Origin: an uncultured bacterium
GTDB lineage: Bacteria; Babelota; Babeliae; Babelales; Babelaceae
Assembly: GCA_963713855.1 (NCBI GenBank)
Contig: OY970209.1
Span: 1,184,001-1,248,000, forward strand
Length of the DNA: 64,000 nucleotides
Reading direction: 5' to 3'
Below the pieces are notes generated by a model. That model saw only the letters and a program-made list of their open reading frames with translations. It was not told where the DNA came from and searched no databases. Below, one piece after another: positions 58,688-64,000 of this stretch. The translations under genes were made by a program, and so were the position numbers. The first letter of the stretch is position 1. Every line of letters starts with the position of its first letter.

Positions 58688-60055
58688 CTAATCTGGCTGC
58701 TCGCAATCTTCAAACAGCGTAAATTCACGCTGATAGTTCATATAAATAGTACCAGTTGGACCATTCCTGTGTTTGCCGAGTATAAGCTCCGCAAGCGCAG
58801 GATTTTCACTGTGGGGATTGTAAACACAATCTCTATAAAGAAACATAATAAGATCCGCGTCCTGCTCAATCGCACCAGACTCACGTAAATCAGACAATAA
58901 AGGCCGCTTGTCAACCCGAGAATCAACAGCACGTGACAATTGAGATAAAGCAATAATCGGAATATGAAGCTCTTTAGAAAGTGCCTTAAGTGAACGCGAA
59001 ATCTCAGACACTTCCTGGTGTCGATTCTCATGCTTTCTATAAGAATGAATAAGCTGTAAATAATCTATGACAAGAAACTGAAGACCATGCTCCTGACGAA
59101 GACGGCGCGCTTTAGCTCGTATGTCCATGATAGATTGCGAAGCCGTATCATCGATAAAAATCTTACGCTCAGCCAAATGAGCAGCAACATGAGTTATAGC
59201 TATCCATTGATCAGAATTAATCATAGCATTACGTATCGCATACTGCGAAACACGAGCTTCACCCGCCAAAAGACGAACAGTCAATTGCTCAGCAGACATC
59301 TCCAGCGAAAAAAAGCCAACACTATGCCCAGCACGTGCTGCATGATTAGCCAAAGAAAGCGCCAAAGCAGTCTTACCCATAGAAGGTCGCGCAGCAAGAA
59401 CAATCAAATCCCCATTCTGAAACCCAGCAACCATCTCATCAAGCTTACGATACCCAGACGAAATGCCAGTAATATCCTTCGCCGACGATTTAATGTCAGT
59501 CAAAGTCTTAAAAGTACGCTTAATCCAAATGTTAAGCTGCACAAAACTTGCACCCGACCTGCGAGCAGAAAGATTAAAAATTGACCGCTCCGCCTCGTCA
59601 AGCACAGCCTCAATCCCTTTATCATTTTGGGCATAGCAGTTAGTAATAATTGCGGTGGCCCCATGAATAAGCTCTCTCAAAATAGACTTTTCTTTGATAA
59701 GCTTTGCATGGTGCTCCAAAAGCCCCATCGCAGGAATATCTTCCTGCAAAGCAATGAGATAAGACATGCCACCGGTAGCCGGTAAGACTCCTTGTTTATC
59801 AAGCCTGTCCTGCAACGTAATAAGGTCCATACGTTTGCGCTCATGCGCCAATTCACCCATAGCTTGGTAAATAAGCCTATGGGCAGGCACATAAAAATCA
59901 TCACAATGCAAAATGCCGATTACCTCATGTAACCGCTCATCATTAAGTAAAAGAGCACCAAGAACCGCGCGTTCAGCCTCCTGATTAAAAGGCAACTGCC
60001 GGCCCAAAACTTTTTGAGAAAGAAGCGGCGCTTCTTCAATAGACTTGTTGTACAT
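58688..60055 (-). CDS. dnaB: Replicative DNA helicase
   Basis: P.N.EAE.AVLG, AARPSMGKT, FSLEM, IDYLQL, ALSQLSR, SDLRESGAIEQDAD, KHRNGPTG. Confidence 0.97.
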   Translation of the reverse strand: MYNKSIEEAPLLSQKVLGRQLPFNQEAERAVLGALLLNDERLHEVIGILHCDDFYVPAHRLIYQAMGELAHERKRMDLITLQDRLDKQGVLPATGGMSYLIALQEDIPAMGLLEHHAKLIKEKSILRELIHGATAIITNCYAQNDKGIEAVLDEAERSIFNLSARRSGASFVQLNIWIKRTFKTLTDIKSSAKDITGISSGYRKLDEMVAGFQNGDLIVLAARPSMGKTALALSLANHAARAGHSVGFFSLEMSAEQLTVRLLAGEARVSQYAIRNAMINSDQWIAITHVAAHLAERKIFIDDTASQSIMDIRAKARRLRQEHGLQFLVIDYLQLIHSYRKHENRHQEVSEISRSLKALSKELHIPIIALSQLSRAVDSRVDKRPLLSDLRESGAIEQDADLIMFLYRDCVYNPHSENPALAELILGKHRNGPTGTIYMNYQREFTLFEDCEQPD

Positions 60056-60069
60056 AAACCCTTAAAAAG

Positions 60070-60519
60070 TTAAGCTTGCTGCGCTACAACTTTAATTTTA
60101 ACAATAGGGCACAAACGCGAAGAAAGCTTGATGGTAATAGGATACACACCCACTCTCTTAATAGATTTATCTAATAAAACTTGATTCTTTGAAACGGATA
60201 TACCTTGAGCAGCAAGAAGGTCAACAATGTCGGTCGCCGAAATAGCAGCATAGAGCTTATCGTCGTCGTGCACCTTCTTCTTTATAGTAAGCGTAATAGA
60301 TTTAAGACGCTCTGCTAAAATAGAAGTCTTAGATTCAATAACTTCTTCACGCTTTTCTATCACGCGAGTACGACGAGCAAAACCCGCCTCATTGGCCGCC
60401 GTTACCTCCACCCCAAGCTGGCGAGGAATGAGAAAATTACGGCCAAAACCCTCAGATACATCAATAATTTCTCCAGATATCCCCACCTTTTCCACGTCTT
60501 TCAACAAAAATATTTTCAT
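60070..60519 (-). CDS. rplI: 50S ribosomal protein L9
   Basis: MKIFLLKDVEKVG..GEII.VS.GFGRNFLIP, KLY..I, IK..G.Y. Confidence 0.95.
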   Translation of the reverse strand: MKIFLLKDVEKVGISGEIIDVSEGFGRNFLIPRQLGVEVTAANEAGFARRTRVIEKREEVIESKTSILAERLKSITLTIKKKVHDDDKLYAAISATDIVDLLAAQGISVSKNQVLLDKSIKRVGVYPITIKLSSRLCPIVKIKVVAQQA

Positions 60520-60626
60520 GGCGATTCCCTCATCACAAGCACATGACAGCAATGCACTCGTAAGACCAAAAACAACAAAACTTTCTTTTAAGAATACTAG
60601 GTTTTAAAATTTAACCAAGAAAATCC

Positions 60627-60989
60627 TTACGCTCGAAAAGCGTAAGAAAGAGCCCCGTCAGAACGTAAAAAAATAACCAGAGAAAGCTCGCGCACTACTT
60701 CACCACCGTCAAGCAAAGAAATGGTTAAAAAAGTACGATCATTCTCCTTCTTTTCAACATGAATAATACCCTTAAAACCATCGAGGGACTCATGTTCGTG
60801 CTTACCTGTCGCCATAGTGCCGCAAAAAGCCAGACTATATGCAATAAGCTCATCCTCAAAAAATGCGTACCGCTGATCCCTGCAGTAAAGATGTAACCCT
60901 TCCACAAAAAATGATACTTGCTGGCTCAAATCAACCGCCAATGTACCCATCAAAAGAAACATTCCTAGAAGCATACTCAACAGATACAT
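60627..60989 (-). CDS. Hypothetical protein with N-terminal hydrophobic helix, third gene of the pseudopilin cluster
   Basis: Tightly packed after two prepilin-like genes. Confidence 0.55.
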   Translation of the reverse strand: MYLLSMLLGMFLLMGTLAVDLSQQVSFFVEGLHLYCRDQRYAFFEDELIAYSLAFCGTMATGKHEHESLDGFKGIIHVEKKENDRTFLTISLLDGGEVVRELSLVIFLRSDGALSYAFRA

Positions 60990-60991
60990 GC

Positions 60992-61453
60992 TTATGCTCG
61001 TAAGCAGGGAAAAAAGACGGTCATATCCCTTCCATAAGCGTTAAAACGCATACGCATTCCGTGAACAAAAAAACCGTCACCAAAAAGCTCAAAAGTGCCA
61101 AAGACTTTTTTAATAAGAACCTTGGAGGTCAACTTTTTGCCGTCACGCACTCGAAAAATAAGCCTATCATCTTTAAACACCAACTTCTTTAAAACATGCC
61201 CCTCACGCCACTGTATCATAAGACCATCTTGAGAAAGTGCCCAAAAATGCCTATCAGAGTGCGCCTTTTTAAGCACGTTTCCAATAAATGATAGGCTGTG
61301 CATGACAGAAAGAAAGCTAAACGAAGAGTTAGTCATCGCATAAAAAGACGAGTTTGCGTAAACCCAAAAAGAACTCATATAATAAAGCATTAGCGCGCCC
61401 ACAAAAAGCGCACACAAAAACTCGAATAACACAAAACCCTTCTTCACCGGCAA
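60992..61453 (-). CDS. Prepilin-type (type IV/T2SS minor pseudopilin) protein
   Basis: Class III signal KKG|FVLFEFLCALFV. Confidence 0.7.
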   Translation of the reverse strand: MPVKKGFVLFEFLCALFVGALMLYYMSSFWVYANSSFYAMTNSSFSFLSVMHSLSFIGNVLKKAHSDRHFWALSQDGLMIQWREGHVLKKLVFKDDRLIFRVRDGKKLTSKVLIKKVFGTFELFGDGFFVHGMRMRFNAYGRDMTVFFPCLRA

Positions 61454-61779
61454 ATCCCCGTATAGATGGTAAAAGATTCACTCTTACCTTTGACCTCTAA
61501 CGCCACTCTAGAAAACCTTCCTAATTGTTTGTAAGGTCGAACAGTAATCTCAAAACCATTCTCAGTTAAAGTAGTAATGCCTTCAACCATAAAACGTCCC
61601 ATACATGAGCGCGCAGAAAGATACCCCAAAGCTCGCTCCTGAGCTTTACCCATCCTCTCAGTCATCGCCACAAAAAAAACTCCCCACGAACAAAAAGCTA
61701 CACTCAAAAGCATGAGCGCAAAGACTACCTCCACCATCATAAAGCCACACCTCGGCTGTTGACTTTGGCTTGAGAGCAT
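61444..61779 (-). CDS. Prepilin-type (type IV/T2SS minor pseudopilin) protein
   Basis: Class III signal RCG|FMMVEVVFALMLL. Start at 61779 or 61800. Confidence 0.7.
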   Translation of the reverse strand: MLSSQSQQPRCGFMMVEVVFALMLLSVAFCSWGVFFVAMTERMGKAQERALGYLSARSCMGRFMVEGITTLTENGFEITVRPYKQLGRFSRVALEVKGKSESFTIYTGICR

Positions 61780-61836
61780 TCTAAAATTAAAAATAGACAA
61801 TAAGAAAACCTTTCAAAATGCTTGAAGGAGTGCTAC

Positions 61837-63834
61837 ATGAAGTATACTACATCTGGAAAAGCTCTTGTACTAGTGCTCACCATGTATGTATTTGCTTGCA
61901 TTGTTCCTGGCAGTTATGGCCAAGCACCTACGCCATCGTTCTCATCGATGCCTGATTTTAAGATCAGTGACTCCGAATTAAACAGCTTAGTCAGCTATCT
62001 TGAAAGTCTCGATGATAAAAAGCTTGAAGAACTCGAGCAATTAACAAAAAAAACGCTCGCTGACATGGGCATCGACTACGAGACATTGGCACCATTGCCG
62101 CAAGTACCAGAAAAACCAATCGAGTTGCCCGTAGAAGAAAAAAAGCCGGAAAGCCCCGCCACAAAATCAGAGATGGCGGCAGTTTCTCCAATGCTTATAA
62201 ATAGAGCCAAAGAGATCATTAAAAACCTTATAGATGCAATAGAAGAGCTTCGTACTAAAGCTGCAACGACTTTAAGCTACGATGCTACGCTTAATAGATG
62301 GTTACCGGACCTTAATAGAATTGCATACTACCTACGCGTTGTTAATAAGGAAGTGCACTATAAACGCTTATCTGATCCAAAATTTGAGTCACTCTTTCAA
62401 GGCTTAGAAAAATTAAACAAGGCTATACGCACCTATAGCCCTACGTTATCTGCACCAATAACAAGGCCAGATAGCTACGAAGATCCTTACGAAATACTGA
62501 GTGTATCGCCATCTGCCACCAACGAAGAAATTGAAAACACCTATCAGGAACTGAGCAATTTTCAAAGTCCTAAGCTTATACAAGAACGCCTTACGCTCCA
62601 AGGTCGTAGCCAAGCAGAAATAGAAAAAGCAGTCCAAGAAGCAAGCATCAGCTTCGATTTCATAACCGATGCGTATGAAAAGCTTAAAGATCCAAAAAGC
62701 AGGAGACTCATAGATAGAGAATTACAAGCATATTATGCTGCAGAACGCACAACTTCTCGCTCACTAGAAAATGCACGGGAAGCGCTAGCCGCAAGCATAG
62801 GAGACGCCGTATTTAAAGATCAGGTGATCAACAAGCTCGAGCAGTTCTTAAAAGAATATGAACCCGCAGAACTTCAACAAAGGCAACAGATGGAAAAAGC
62901 CGAAGCACAAAGAGCTGCTGAGGCAAAAGAGATTGCAATCCACAAGGGCTACGACACGGGAAAAACTCAAATCGTAAAGACTCGCCCGACTCGCTTACCG
63001 TGGGAAGGCCTTGATTTTCTTAATCCCACCCCTCCACCATCAAGCCCAAAAGCACCAGCACAACCAAAAGAAATAACACCAACACCAGAAAAAGGTGCAG
63101 CTTCAGAGGCTAAAAAACCTACTCCTAAAGGAGGGGGAGGTAAAGGTGGAAAGAAAGAGGAAAAAAAGGACAAGGACAAGGGCGAAGACAAAGATAAAGA
63201 CAAAGAAAAAAAAGAGGATAAAGACGAGAAGGGCAAGAAAAAAGACGAAAAAAAGGACAAGGATAAAGATAAAGATAAGAAAAAAGAAGAACTTTTTGAC
63301 GTACTTGCTCTACAGATTCTTGAACTTGACGAATCATTATCGCGCTTTAATCAAAAATTTGACAGAGATTTCTTTCTACAGGCTCAAATTAAACAAACTC
63401 CAATAGAAAAGCTTGCTCCTGACTTACAAACTTTTAGTAAGGCATCCAATCTTGAAGAAATAAATAAAAAGCTAGAATCTCTCCTTAAAAGCTTGGAAAA
63501 AGCAGAAGAACGAAAACTTAAGCAATACAAAACTCTTTGGAAAGAAATAGAAAAGACCGTAAAAGCGTTCAAGGCAAATCTAGCTCTTGCCGATCAGACA
63601 GGCAGGACATACGTAATGCCTGAGGAACTGATGCCTAAAACGGGACCAGTAAAAGATGCTGTTACAGCTATCAAGCTCTTTGGCAAAACAATCGATAATC
63701 TAACAAAGGTCGATACTTTTATTAACGAAGCCAAAGCCAAGGCCCAAAAACAAGATGAGCAAAAAAAAGAGGGCAAAGAGGAAAAAAAGCCTAGCTTTCT
63801 TGATCAAATGAGAGGTATGCAAAAAACCTCATAA
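61837..63834 (+). CDS. Exported protein with a J-domain-like region lacking HPD and a Lys/Asp/Glu-rich tract
   Basis: DPYEILSVSPSATNEEIENTYQELS..QSP...F..I.DAYEKLKDP.SR...D. RBS aaggag, signal peptide. Confidence 0.8.
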   Translation: MKYTTSGKALVLVLTMYVFACIVPGSYGQAPTPSFSSMPDFKISDSELNSLVSYLESLDDKKLEELEQLTKKTLADMGIDYETLAPLPQVPEKPIELPVEEKKPESPATKSEMAAVSPMLINRAKEIIKNLIDAIEELRTKAATTLSYDATLNRWLPDLNRIAYYLRVVNKEVHYKRLSDPKFESLFQGLEKLNKAIRTYSPTLSAPITRPDSYEDPYEILSVSPSATNEEIENTYQELSNFQSPKLIQERLTLQGRSQAEIEKAVQEASISFDFITDAYEKLKDPKSRRLIDRELQAYYAAERTTSRSLENAREALAASIGDAVFKDQVINKLEQFLKEYEPAELQQRQQMEKAEAQRAAEAKEIAIHKGYDTGKTQIVKTRPTRLPWEGLDFLNPTPPPSSPKAPAQPKEITPTPEKGAASEAKKPTPKGGGGKGGKKEEKKDKDKGEDKDKDKEKKEDKDEKGKKKDEKKDKDKDKDKKKEELFDVLALQILELDESLSRFNQKFDRDFFLQAQIKQTPIEKLAPDLQTFSKASNLEEINKKLESLLKSLEKAEERKLKQYKTLWKEIEKTVKAFKANLALADQTGRTYVMPEELMPKTGPVKDAVTAIKLFGKTIDNLTKVDTFINEAKAKAQKQDEQKKEGKEEKKPSFLDQMRGMQKTS

Positions 63835-63929
63835 GATTGCCAAATTCAACTTGTCCATGCATTGATTGTTGCTCTATAGAGCTCAAAAACGGTACACTAA
63901 CCACCGACAATGGCTGATAGAAAGGATAC

Positions 63930-64000
63930 TTGGTGCGCTTTGGCAAAATCGTTTTAGCTATCATAAGCACGTTCTGTCCATCATTCTCAGGAGGTTTTGT
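63930..64000 (+). CDS. Start of a probable exported protein (partial)
   Basis: RBS aaagga, then TTG/GTG-RFGKIVLAIISTFCPSFSGGF, open to the window end. Confidence 0.4.
   Translation, partial: MVRFGKIVLAIISTFCPSFSGGF

Overview
A 64-kb bacterial chromosomal segment. It is most consistent with an intracellular parasite of protists such as Candidatus Dependentiae/Babelota (TM6). That is an inference from the many signal-peptide ankyrin proteins, the archaeal/eukaryote-type ProS and the sparse metabolism, not a database result. Housekeeping islands (rarA; proS-dnaN-recF; thyA-folA; pseudopilins-rplI-dnaB-ruvC) sit among many exported proteins: ankyrin and helical proteins, a PI-PLC plus ankyrin pair, a sulfatase with its formylglycine enzyme, a GH115, an S8 protease, two beta-helix/Ig surface proteins and three paralogous 48-aa-repeat beta-propellers. 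The strongest unexplained pattern is that nine ankyrin/helical proteins have a Sec-type signal peptide followed directly by Met-Glu/Asp/Gln, while the exported enzymes and surface proteins do not. Neighbouring proteins end in eukaryotic sorting motifs (CaaX 'CTIS', 'KDEL'). Together these suggest a two-step effector export and host-mimicry system. There are also several structured intergenic elements, a candidate sRNA and pseudogene debris. I found no rRNA, tRNA, CRISPR array or intact transposase.
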